Assembly (NCBI GenBank): GCA_002104905.1
Contig: MCFE01000547.1
Location: 1 to 59,759 of the forward strand
Origin: Basidiobolus meristosporus CBS 931.73
Taxonomy: Eukaryota; Fungi; Basidiobolomycota
DNA length: 59,759 bases
Direction: 5' to 3'
Part shown: in pieces, positions 49,385 through 59,759 of the stretch
Numbering within the stretch: the first letter of the stretch is position 1
Layout of the letters: the number at the start of each line of letters is the position of its first letter
The notes under the pieces: generated by a model
What the model was told of the DNA's origin: nothing
Databases searched by the model: none
What the model saw: the letters and a program-made list of their open reading frames with translations, nothing else
Program-made: the position numbers and the translations under genes

Positions 49385-51194
49385 AATATTGGACTATTTG
49401 GTATCATTCAGCAGCTAAAAATTTACTTAACAATTCTAGGCTAGTCTTAGTAACTGTAGGACTCATTTACTGCCTTTACTTCGCCACTTTCTCCAGATAT
49501 ATGATCTTATGATTATTCCCCTATAGTCAGGATCAAATTGGCACTATTACCAAACATTATGTACTAACCCTGAAACTGTTACAGAATGCTCCTGAATATT
49601 GAGAAACCCTCCCTACTTAGTGTTGCAGCTGTATTACTTCTACAAAGGTATAAATACTGAGCTTCTTTATGAATAAACAACAGTTCAACTATTATCACTA
49701 TTTCTTGATTAGTTCCTTATATCCAAATTACTTCTTAAATTGCAACAATCCCATCAAGACACTGTCCAGAGACCATTGAAAAATACTTGCACCCAAGATT
49801 TCACAAAAAACCTATCAACATTTTTCATCACAACAATGTACGAGTGGCTTTTGATTGGTTCCCTGCCAATTTGCTCACTTTTGGATCTCAGACACTCCAT
49901 TCCCTCCTATGTTTGTGTGCATTGATTGGCAATTGCCTCTTCTTCACACTGCTTACTTCCTAACTCAGCTGTTTCTCTTACTTTTTAGGCATAAATTGAT
50001 TTAGTTCCATTGAGACTTCAGTAGTACCTCAATTGCCAATTGTATTGACCTATGCAAGTCCCTGTGCCCAACACTAACATTAAGCACAACCCCACACTCA
50101 ACTATCAACTCCATTTAAACCCACCAATCAATCAGTATTTCTGCTGTAACACTCTGGTTCTATGACATTGGCAGGAACCCAATGGCTTTATGCCGCTGTG
50201 CATTCACTGGTTCTCACACATCCTGGTCTTCAGCCAGCACTGCAAGGTCTAGCACCTCATCTGCCGGTCTTTGCATAAATCCTAGCAATATTCCAGTGAG
50301 TTTTCTTGAGCACTGCTCTTGAAGAAGGCTGCAACCTCTTGGTGTGCCTATTAATGTTCCAAAACTTCACTGAAGGTATTGTGATAGTCTTTGGAGCTCT
50401 TGACATTGTAACCTTCTCTGTCAGTGGGATCTCCACTATGTCAACAATGGAGGATGTGGAGGCTGCGGTAGACATAATGTCTTTTTCAGCAAACTCATCT
50501 AACATGCTGGAGTGTAGCTCAAAATTAAAATAGCTGTTTTCTTGATGGTAATTCTTCTTGGCTATGATGGGATTCAGTTGGTTCCTGGCTTGTGGTATTA
50601 ATTGGCAAGAACTGCAGTTTTTTTTGCAGGTCTCCCTGTCTCAGGCTGGGGTAGACATTTTTCCCTATACCTTTTCCTCTATCACTGCCAGGACTTTCAC
50701 GCTACTGTGTCTGAGTGCTTCTTGTAAAGAACTATCTTTTCTTCTGGATAAATTCTTCTCTGATGCATCTGTTTTGGCCTGCTTGTCCCTTGCTGGCACT
50801 CTTCTGGCAACCTGATGTGTCTTTTCTGCTAGTTTTGAGCTCTCAACCATTGTTGTGACAGCCTCCTGTAAAAGCGGCTTGTTTATGATCATTGCCAGGT
50901 CCTTTGCTTGTAGTGGGCCCTTGAGGAAGCTGCTGGTTTTTAGCCATGGCACCCTTGTTCTCCTGCCTTTAATAGCTTCTGCTATTCTTAAGATACTTTC
51001 TTAGCATATAAATGCTGGCCCAAAACCTGTTTGCCTATTTGAATTCAGGATAATGCTCATAGAACAAGTCAAGTGCATTTTACTTGGCCTTAAGTTCCTG
51101 ACGGTCCCATGGTTGCCAGCCTTACAGTGATGGTGTGCTAGACCTCTGACAGCCCATTGTATATTGGCCCACTCTTCATTATTGCACTCAATGG

Positions 51195-52263
51195 TGTGGT
51201 GGTGTATAAGTCTAAGGGAGAGATACCTTCAGCACTTCTCAGGTGTTTTGTGTGTGAGGTGTTCACTGGGTACAATAACCTCTAGCAAAAGCTTGCTATG
51301 AATATGTGGGTTCTGTCTCTAATCTAATGTGATGAGGTATAAAGCCATAAGCTTGTCAAGGGAAAACTATTGAGCGACAGTTCCCAACTTAGTTGGCATC
51401 TTAACAAAAGTATGTGCTGGTCTCTGAGTCCTTTCAGATGACAATGTACTAAAGCCTCCAAAGTCAAAACAATTGTAAACTCCACCAGCAGGGACTCAAT
51501 AAGAATGTGGCTGTGGTCAATAGTTACCAAGACAAAGAAGTATCTTTACCTGTAAAAGAACAAACTTGGGAAAGAATCAAATACAATAAAAGATACCTAC
51601 TCCAAGTATTCCTCACAAGTAGTGCCTCCAAGGTCAGTTGGCTGTCAGCGTGGTTTCCTGGGAGTGTCCTGTGGTCTGGTGCTGGAAGTTCAGGTGGCAG
51701 CAGGTAGCAGTGATCACACTAAGTAACTAGTTGGTATATTGATAAAAGGGATGTTCATTTATTGTTGAGGGATTGCCTCCCTTATATACTTTTCCCACTG
51801 GCAAATTGATTACAAACATGGTGTTCTAGAAGGTTCTGGAGATCATTAGAAATTTTAATGACATCAGAATGACCTACAAATGTGCTAGGTAGGTGCCAGA
51901 AGGTTTTAAGGGGCACAGCACATCCAACCATTTGGAATCAGTACTCTGAAACCTGTGTGACAGAGGAGTACCCTAAATGTTGTAGAAATGGTAGGAATGG
52001 TAGCATGGTCTGATCATGTGTAACAGGTACTGGCACAGGTACTTGCCTAATACAGAAGAACTTACAGCTAGTATTCTTACATAATGTGAGGGATAACTTA
52101 TGCAATAAAGTAAGCAGGTGTTATAGTCAGCTGGCTTATGGGATTGTACTGATCAAGTAAGACAAATGTGATAAAACTAAAATGGGTGTAGTAGAGAAAT
52201 AGGGAAGTAGAAAATATGGGAATGAGCATATCTGTCAGTGGGTGTCACTGTGACCCCACTACA
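51195..52263 (-). repeat. LTR-A, full length solo (1069 bp)
   Basis: Perfect ATGG TSD (51191-51194, 52264-52267); HSE-like TTCtaGAAggTTC at 51824-51836. Confidence 0.9.
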
Positions 52264-52694
52264 ATGGCTTCACAGATCTTAAATGCCTTTTGATTTTTAA
52301 GCTTTGGTATAAACAGCACATTGTCTCCATCCCATGCGATTATGAGTTTTTCTGTGGGCTTTATCTTTGGGCACTGTTTTTGTGCTTCAAAGACTGTATG
52401 GTGTTCCTCTGCTTTTACATTGGGAAATGACTCAATTCTTGGCTATGACATTGCGCTACTTGAATTCCTTCTTTGCAGCAAAGATTCTGCTTTCTCTACC
52501 TGGGATATTGATTGCTCTACATGTATTATCTGCTCATCTACTTTCTGGACTATTTCCTGATTTCTCTGGGCCATTGCATCTATCCTATCAGCCACTGCAT
52601 CTAATTGCTTCATTAATGCTTTGGTATGAGCTGACAACATACTTGCTGATATGGGTGGTGGTGATGTTATGACAGCCACTTGCTGGTCTTCAAC

Positions 52695-55600
52695 TGTTAT
52701 GATCTGCTACTTGAATGTTTAAATTAGATCAGTTTTTAGTCAAATCAATTAGTATATGTTTAGGTTATCAGTATATCAGTATTATCTATGAAATCAGTGG
52801 CATTAGTCAGTAAATGAATCAGCTAATCCTTATCAGACAGAAATAGATATATTAGGTAGGATCTTATTGGGTGATGATGATGCAATCAAATGAGTCATCA
52901 GCCACAACCTACATTAGGATATACAATTAGTCAGCCATTGATCTGGCAAAATGTATATAAGGAGCTGCTGGAACCTCCATAAAAATCAGTTCAAGTTTTA
53001 GTGAATACAATACTAGCTAAACTCCCTATTCCATTACAACTCTTATATTAAGACTTGTAACATTGGTAGCAGCAATAATCAGAAACAACCCTCCTGAAGA
53101 AAGAAGAAACCACCCTCAAGATGTTGCACAATGAAGCATGGAAGAATGCCATGCAGCAAATCCTGGCCCAACAGCAACAGTTACTCCAGAACCTCAGCCA
53201 ACAGCAACAAGGAATAACTACCATGGCTCAGAGCCAGCAAAGTTGTGTCAAGAGCAACTTTAGTGTGAAGGTCAATCAGTACCATTGCAGAGTCAATGAA
53301 AACCTGGGAACTTGGCTCTTTCAGATTGAAGAAGCTTTTAAAGCTAAAGGAATTGCTCCAGAAAGCAAGTTGCATTTTGCAGCATCTAACCTGGCAGATG
53401 CAGCTTTACAGTGGCACCACAAAACAATCAGGTCAGCCACTATGATGGGATGCTCTACAATCTCTACCTGGGATGACTTTGTGTTAGAAATTCAGGATGC
53501 TTTTGAACCTCCACACCAGCAGACACTGCTAAGAAGGAAGTTGAAGACACTCAGACAAAAAGGATTGGTCCAGAAGTACATCTATGAATATAGATATCTA
53601 CTTGGGTAAATTAAAAGAATGGACCCTGTGGATCAAGTTGAATATTTTATTGATGGGTTGAAAGAAAGAACTCGTAAGGAAGTGAATTATTGAGTACCTC
53701 AGATTATTGAAGAAGCCATCAAGATTGCCATTGACTATGACTCAGCTATGTTTGGAGTTGGGAAGCCCACAATAACTAATCAGAGAGGCTACAATCACTA
53801 TGAAAGAAGACAATCAGAAGCAGTCCCAATGGGAATAGACTCTATGCAGAAGAATCCTACCTCAGAAGAATGTAAGAAGAAAGGACTTTGCTTCAATTGC
53901 CACCAGCAAGGACATTTTGCAAAGCACTGCCCTCAGAGAAGAAATGAACACCAGCCATCAAGAACCTTTAGCTGTATTGAGGCCATGGAGCATAGTAACA
54001 TGGAGGATGAACTTGAAGAAGACTCAGAACTTACCTTCCACATGACAGAATAATACCTATCCCAGATGACCTCAAACTGAGGAAAGCTATTATACATGAA
54101 TGGAGTAATCAATGGAGTACCTGCCAAGATCATGATTGACTCAGGAGCATTGCGTGAGTACATGTCAGAGCAATTTGCTCTGAAAGCCGGAATCAACTTG
54201 GAACCTACTAAATCAACTTCAGTCTCAACAGCCAATGGGAACTCTCACATAATCAACCGTATTACTCATCCAGTAAGGATGAAGATCAATGACTATGAGG
54301 AAGATCTACAGGCCTATATATTTGGGAACTGCAAGTTTGCCCTTGTACTTGGGAAAACCTGGCTATTTTGTTGTAATTCATCAATCAACTGGAGAACCTA
54401 TGCTACTCAGATCTAGAAGGACAACAAGACCTATGAGCTATCACCTGCCAGACTGGATTTTAGCTTGGTCAATTCCAGTGTGTGTGAGACAATGAGCTTA
54501 GCAAGACACAGTTCTGTAGAGCACTAAGAAAAGGCACCCAGATGTTCCTCATGGCAGTATTACAGGAGAATTCCTCAACACCAGTATCCCAAAAGGTGAA
54601 CACTCTTTTGAAGGAGTATTCAGACATATTTCCAGAAGAGCTTGTAAGCCTATCACTGGTCAGAGATGTGGATCATCCCATTTAAACAGGAGATAGCCCT
54701 CCAGTGAGTAAGACACCTTACAGAATGAGTCCATTGGAGTTGAAAAGATGAAGAGACAAATAGATCAATTACTGGAACAAGGATATATCAGATCCAGCAA
54801 GTCACCTTGGAGAGCACCAGTACTTTTTGTGAAAAAGAAGGATGGAACACTTAGGATGCGCATTGACTACAGAGCCCTCAACTCAGTTACTGTGAAGAAT
54901 AAGTACCCCATACCTTGGATTGATGAGCTCTTGGACCAACTCAATGGTGCCACTATTTTCAACAAGACTGACCTCATGTCAGGATACAACCAGATTGGGG
55001 TGAAGCCAGATGATATCCCTAAGACAGCATTCAGGACCAGATATGGACATTACTAGTACTCAGTCATGAGTTTTGGCCTCACTAAGAAGGTTGAAGTTAT
55101 CAAGAACCTGAAGCAGTCCCATAGCATATCAGAACTCAGATCATTCCTTGGAATGGTATCCTATTATTGTAGATTTGTCAAGTCCTTTGCAAGTATTGCA
55201 GTCCCTTTAACTGATATCCTCAAGAAAGACAATACCTACAAGTGGGACATAGCTTGTGAGACTGCATTCCAGACACTCAAGAATGAACTTGCTAAACTAC
55301 CAAGCTTAAGAATACCTGACTTCAGAAGAGAGTTCACTCTGTGCACAGATGCTGCAGATTATGCAATTGGTGGAGTGTTGAGCCAAGAATACAAGGGAAA
55401 GGACTACCCTGTTGCCTTTGAATCCAAGAAACTGAACTCAGCAGAACAAAACTATCCAGTGCACCAGAAGGAGATGCTTGCTATAACACACTGTTTGAAG
55501 ACATGGGGATGCTATATTGAAGGAGTCAAATGCACTGTGAAGACTGATTATGCCTCCCTCAAGTATATATTTACTCAGAAGGTACTCTCTAGAAGAATGA

Positions 55601-57374
55601 CAAGATGGAGTGAATACATTCAGCAATTTGACTTGGAGATTGTATACAGCCCTGGAAAAAACAACACGGTTGCTGATGCCTTATCAAGACTAGAATAAGT
55701 GGCACAACTCAATTTAGTGCATGAATCAGATTGGCCTAGCTTATTACCACCATACTTGGAGGACCAAGCCATTTCTAATGAGGTGGATGAAGATATAAAG
55801 AAGACAATCTGGGATGAAGCCAGCAAATTTGTTGTACAGGATGAAACACTCTACCAAATTGCTGATGGAAGCCCTATTGCCTATTGCCCTTATGTTTCTT
55901 GCCTGGATTTAAAGCGTAAGCTACGCAATGGATATGGACATCTTGGAATTGAAGGAACCTATACTCTTGTGAAAGCCAGAGCATGGTGGCCTAGAATGAA
56001 ACAAGACATTAAGAAGCTAGTGAAAGTATGCCCAAATTGCCAAGTCAACCAAGGCCAACCACAGATAATTGCTGAACTCTTTCCCTTAGAGCCTGTAAGA
56101 CCATTTGAAAGATGAAGAATTGACTTTATTGGAAGACTGCCAACTACAATGAAATGCAACCATTGGATCTTAGTAGCAATTGACCATGCCACAAAATGGC
56201 CAGTTGCTAAAGCTGTACCTAGAGCAAGTGAACAAGAAGTTGCAAGTTTCATCTACCATGAAATCCTTACAAAGTTTGGATGTCCTGTAGAGATTCAATC
56301 TGATAGAGGTGCAAACTTTATGGCAAAGACATTGGAAGCTTACCTGGAAATGCAGCAGATTAAACACTTGAAAACCTCAGCATATCACTCCAGTACTAAT
56401 GGAGTCACTGAACGATTCAATGGGTTATTTGGAAAAATGCTGGTCAAGTATGCAAATGGAATTGTCAGTAGATGGGATGAGTATATAGACCAAGCACTCT
56501 TTGCATGCAGAGTCAGAGTACACAACACCACCCAGCAATTGCTATTTTACTTAGTGTATGGATGTGAACCTAGAATTCCAGCAGATCTCACACAACCAAA
56601 GCTTACAGACACCTTAGTAGATTAACTTAGTCAGCCAAGTAGACACCAGCAACTAGAACAAAGACATCAAGAGGCACAGACCAAAGTATCTCAAAGTGCA
56701 GAAAAGATGAAGCAGAGATTTGATAAGACTATAGCACCAGAAGCATTGAGAGTTGGGAACTTTGTATTACTAAGAAACAACACTTGGAAGAAGTTTGAGC
56801 CACAATGGACAGGACCATTCAAGATCATCAGAGAATGCCCATTTGCAACTTACCAACTAGTGGACAAACAAGGCAATATCCAGGAAGACTAGTGCATAGG
56901 GACAGACTCAAGCTTGCAAGCCTTGCTGATAATACTGAACCATCAAGAATTTGGTATCTCAAGAAAAGAGATTCAGGAGAACCCTCTCAACTTTAGTAGG
57001 GGAGTATATTATGATCTGCCGCTTGAATGTTTAAGTTAGATCAGTTTTTAGTCAAATCAATTAGTATATATTTAGGTTATCAGTATATTGGTATTATCTG
57101 TGAAATCAGTAGCATTAGTCAGCAAATGAATCAGCAGATCCTTATCAGACAGAAATAGATATATTAAGTAGGATCTTATTGGGTGATGATGATGCAATCA
57201 AATGAGTCATCAGCCACAACCTACATTAGGAAATACAATTAGTCAGCTATTAATCTGGCAAAATGTATATAAGGAGCTGCTGGAACCTCAATAAAAATCA
57301 GTTCAAGTTTTAGTGAATACAATACTAGCTGAACTCCCTATTCCTCTTCAACTCATATACCAAGACTTGTTACA
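52695..57374 (+). mobile_element. Full-length Gypsy-B retrotransposon (decayed, RT deletion at ~55083)
   Basis: LTRs 52695-53062 and 57007-57374 (368 bp, ~25 mismatches by eye); CAAC TSD; PBS TGGTAGCAGC at 53064; PPT 56995-57006. Confidence 0.93.
53121..56990 (+). pseudogene. Gypsy-B gag-pol with many stops
   Basis: CFNCHQQGHFAKHC; IDSGA; DYRALN; TDAADYAIGG; GHLG...CPNC; SDRG; TERFN; WTGPF. The YxDD segment seen at 36250-36480 is deleted. Confidence 0.9.
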
Positions 57375-57873
57375 CAACTGAGCCTACTGAATTTGCTACA
57401 TTCTCATCTGCCTGAGCGTAATAGTCAGCTTATGGTTCCGCAGAGGTTCTCAATTGCCTACGTGACTGAGAACCTGAGAAGTCTGCATTATTACCTTCAA
57501 TGAACATATTGTCCACAGGGCCTTTTTTGGATGTAGCCCTGCTTGTTGCACTTAATGTCAAAGCAAGCTGTTGCCCATCTGTTCTTCTGTTGCCATCAGC
57601 AGTGGGGTTTGGTTGAGGACCAAACAACTTTGCTTTGTTTTGTGGTGGCATATATATGGAAGTGAGTCATACCAAAGGGGAAATAGTGTTACATATATGT
57701 GCGCATGTGGTACCTCAACTTTATGTATAATGCTTACTATGGCGGGTCATCATTGAATCTTGCATTCACGTAGGTGCTATGTCTCAAATACAAGACTGTC
57801 TTAAGTTCACATGAGTATTGACCAAAAAGTGATATAATAGTATTACATTGTTGAAGGTCAAACTGTTTGCCCC

Positions 57874-58232
57874 ATGGGCAAGACTACTTTGGCTCAACAC
57901 CATAAGAGAAGAGAGAAAAGATCATGTGGCTATTGTGGCAAGCCTCTCAGCCATGAGCATGCATACAGCATAGGAAATATTACAAGGATCACAGCCAGTG
58001 TTTTGCCACTCAAGTCATATTTGACCATTCATTGTTCACTACTGTATCAATTTTATCTTGACAGCCGGTTTATACTTCTATATTGGCACCTGGCCATCCT
58101 TGTCACCTTGCGCAAACTGAGCCAGGTGAGTTTGTGAGATCTTTAGGCTCACCTCAGCCCTCTGAATATGGCATGCAGAGTGATAGCCCCAACAAAGAAG
58201 ACTCACTGATGGATTTTGAGCCTATCTACCCC
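57874..58232 (+). pseudogene. CACTA transposase 5' end, cut by Gypsy-B
   Basis: MGKTTLAQHHKRREKRSCGYCGKPLSHEH. Confidence 0.7.
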
Positions 58233-59759
58233 TGTTATGATCTGCCGCTTGAATGTTTAAGTTAGATCAGTTTTTAGTCAAATCAGTTAGTATATGTTTA
58301 GGTTATCAGTACATCAGTATTATCTATGAAATCAGTAGCATTAGTCAGCAAATGAATCAGCAGATCCTTATCAGACAGAAATAGATATATTAAGTAGGAT
58401 CTTATTGGGTGATGATGATGCAATCAAATGAGTCATCAGCCACAACCTACATTAGGAAATACAATTAGTCAGCAATTGATCTGGCAAAATGTATATAAGG
58501 AGCTGCTGGAACCTCAATAAAAATCAGTTCAAGTTTTAGTGAATACAATACTAGCTAAACTCCCTATTCCTCTACAACTCTTATACCAAGACTTGTAACA
58601 TTGGTAGCAGCGATAACCAGAAACCTCCCTCCTTAAGAAAGAAGAAACCACCCTCAAGATGTCGGACAATCAAGAATGGAAGAATGCCATGCAGCAAATC
58701 CTGGCCCAACAGCAACAGCTACTCCAGATCCTCAGCCAACAGCAACAAGGAATGACTACCATGGCTCAGAGCCAGCAAAGCCCTGTCAAGAGCAACTTTA
58801 GTGTGAAGGTCAACCGGTACCACGGCAGAGTCAATGAAAACTTGGGAACTTGGCTCTTTCAGATTGAAGAAGCTTTTAAAGCTAAAGGAATTGCTCCAGA
58901 GAGCAAGTTGCATTATGCAGCTTCTTACCTGGCAGATGCAGCTTTACAGTGGTACCACAACAAGATCAGGTCAGCTACTATGATGGGATGCTCTACAATC
59001 TCTACCTGGGATGAGTTTGTGTCGGAAATTCAGGATGCTTTTGAACCTCCACACCAGCAGACACTACTAAGAAGGAAGTTAAAGACACTCAGACAGAAAG
59101 GAATGGTGCAAGAATACATCTATGAGTACAGATGTCTACTTGGACAAATTGAAAGAATGGACCCCTTGGATCAAGTTGAATACTTTATTGATGGGTTGAA
59201 AGAAAGAACTCGCAAGGAAGTCAATTACCGAAGACCTCAGACTATTGAAGAAGCCATCAAGATTGCCATTGACTATGACTCAGCTATGTTTGGAGTTGGG
59301 AAGCCTACAGTGACTAGTCAGAAAGGCTATAATCATTATGAAAGAAGACAATCAGAAGCAGTACCAATGGAAATAGACGCTATGCAGAAGAATCCCTCCT
59401 CAGAAGAATGCAAGAAGAGAGGACTTTGCTTCAATTGCCACCAGCAGGGACATATTGCAAAGTACTGCCCTCAGAGAAGAAATGGACACCAGCCAACAAG
59501 AACCTTCAACCATATTGAGTCCCATGAACACAGTAATGTGGAAGATGAGCTTGAAGAAGACTTGGAACTCACCTTCCATATGACAGAAGAGTACTTGTCC
59601 CAAATGACTTCAAACTCAGGGAAGTTATTGTACCTGAATGGAGCAATCAATGGAGTACCTGCCAAGATCATGATTGACTCAGGAGCATCGCATGAATACA
59701 TGTCAGAGCAATTTGCTTTGAAAGCTGGAATCAACTCGGAACCTACCAAATCAACCTCA
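58233..59759 (+). mobile_element. Gypsy-B copy, least decayed, cut by window end
   Basis: LTR 58233-58600 (368 bp); PBS TGGTAGCAGCG at 58602. Confidence 0.93.
58659..59759 (+). CDS. Gypsy-B Gag fused in frame to protease (open for 367 codons to window end; not in ORF track)
   Basis: My manual translation MSDNQEWKNAMQQ...CFNCHQQGHIAKYC...MIDSGASHEY has no stop. Confidence 0.9.
   Translation, partial: MSDNQEWKNAMQQILAQQQQLLQILSQQQQGMTTMAQSQQSPVKSNFSVKVNRYHGRVNENLGTWLFQIEEAFKAKGIAPESKLHYAASYLADAALQWYHNKIRSATMMGCSTISTWDEFVSEIQDAFEPPHQQTLLRRKLKTLRQKGMVQEYIYEYRCLLGQIERMDPLDQVEYFIDGLKERTRKEVNYRRPQTIEEAIKIAIDYDSAMFGVGKPTVTSQKGYNHYERRQSEAVPMEIDAMQKNPSSEECKKRGLCFNCHQQGHIAKYCPQRRNGHQPTRTFNHIESHEHSNVEDELEEDLELTFHMTEEYLSQMTSNSGKLLYLNGAINGVPAKIMIDSGASHEYMSEQFALKAGINSEPTKSTS

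Larger units (their letters stand above)
45061..49747 (+). mobile_element. Young full-length Ty1/Copia retrotransposon
   Basis: LTRs 45061-45429 and 49379-49747 (369 bp, 3 mismatches); ATCCC TSD; PBS 45430-45441; PPT GAGGGGGAG 49370-49378. Confidence 0.96.
44975..58232. mobile_element. One CACTA copy (~3 kb original) split by Copia, LTR-A and Gypsy-B and cut by a second Gypsy-B
   Basis: Segments 44975-45060, 49748-51194, 52264-52694 and 57375-58232 join through the TSDs and are collinear with 26975-30320. Confidence 0.8.

Noticed and set aside
1-59759. Remaining short ORFs in the track as host genes
   Set aside because: They are antisense or off-frame to transposon genes or lie within LTRs, and none shows a host protein motif.

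Overview
This is a eukaryotic window of heavily nested transposons. I found no host gene, RNA gene or CRISPR array. Strong CpG depletion and the element types suggest a repeat-inflated, CpG-methylating genome, probably fungal (inference). Contents: (1) a 5'-truncated chromodomain-bearing Ty3/Gypsy element (LTR-C); (2) a second Ty3/Gypsy family (Gypsy-B; 368-bp LTR, tRNA-iMet PBS, 4-bp TSDs) with two full-length decayed copies, one open copy cut by the window end, two solo LTRs and fragments; (3) a young full-length Ty1/Copia element (369-bp LTRs, 3 mismatches, ATCCC TSD, Ty5-type half-tRNA PBS) plus two older Copia remnants; (4) eight copies or fragments of a ~1.07-kb TG...CA element (LTR-A, apparently solo LTRs), whose readable 4-bp flanks all have CG, TG or CA in the centre; (5) two 3.4-kb PIF/Harbinger-superfamily (PHIS, Pangu-like) DNA transposons with ANT flanks, plus two 734-bp fold-back derivatives; (6) many fragments of a CACTA/EnSpm family with a transposase and a divergent accessory gene. 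Best leads: CpG-centred target choice by LTR-A, arm-to-arm homogenisation in the fold-back element, heat-shock elements conserved in two LTR families, and the head-to-head CACTA accessory gene with an in-frame 207-bp variable repeat. Family names LTR-A, Gypsy-B and LTR-C are my labels. All alignments and counts were done by eye; termini without a TSD are approximate.
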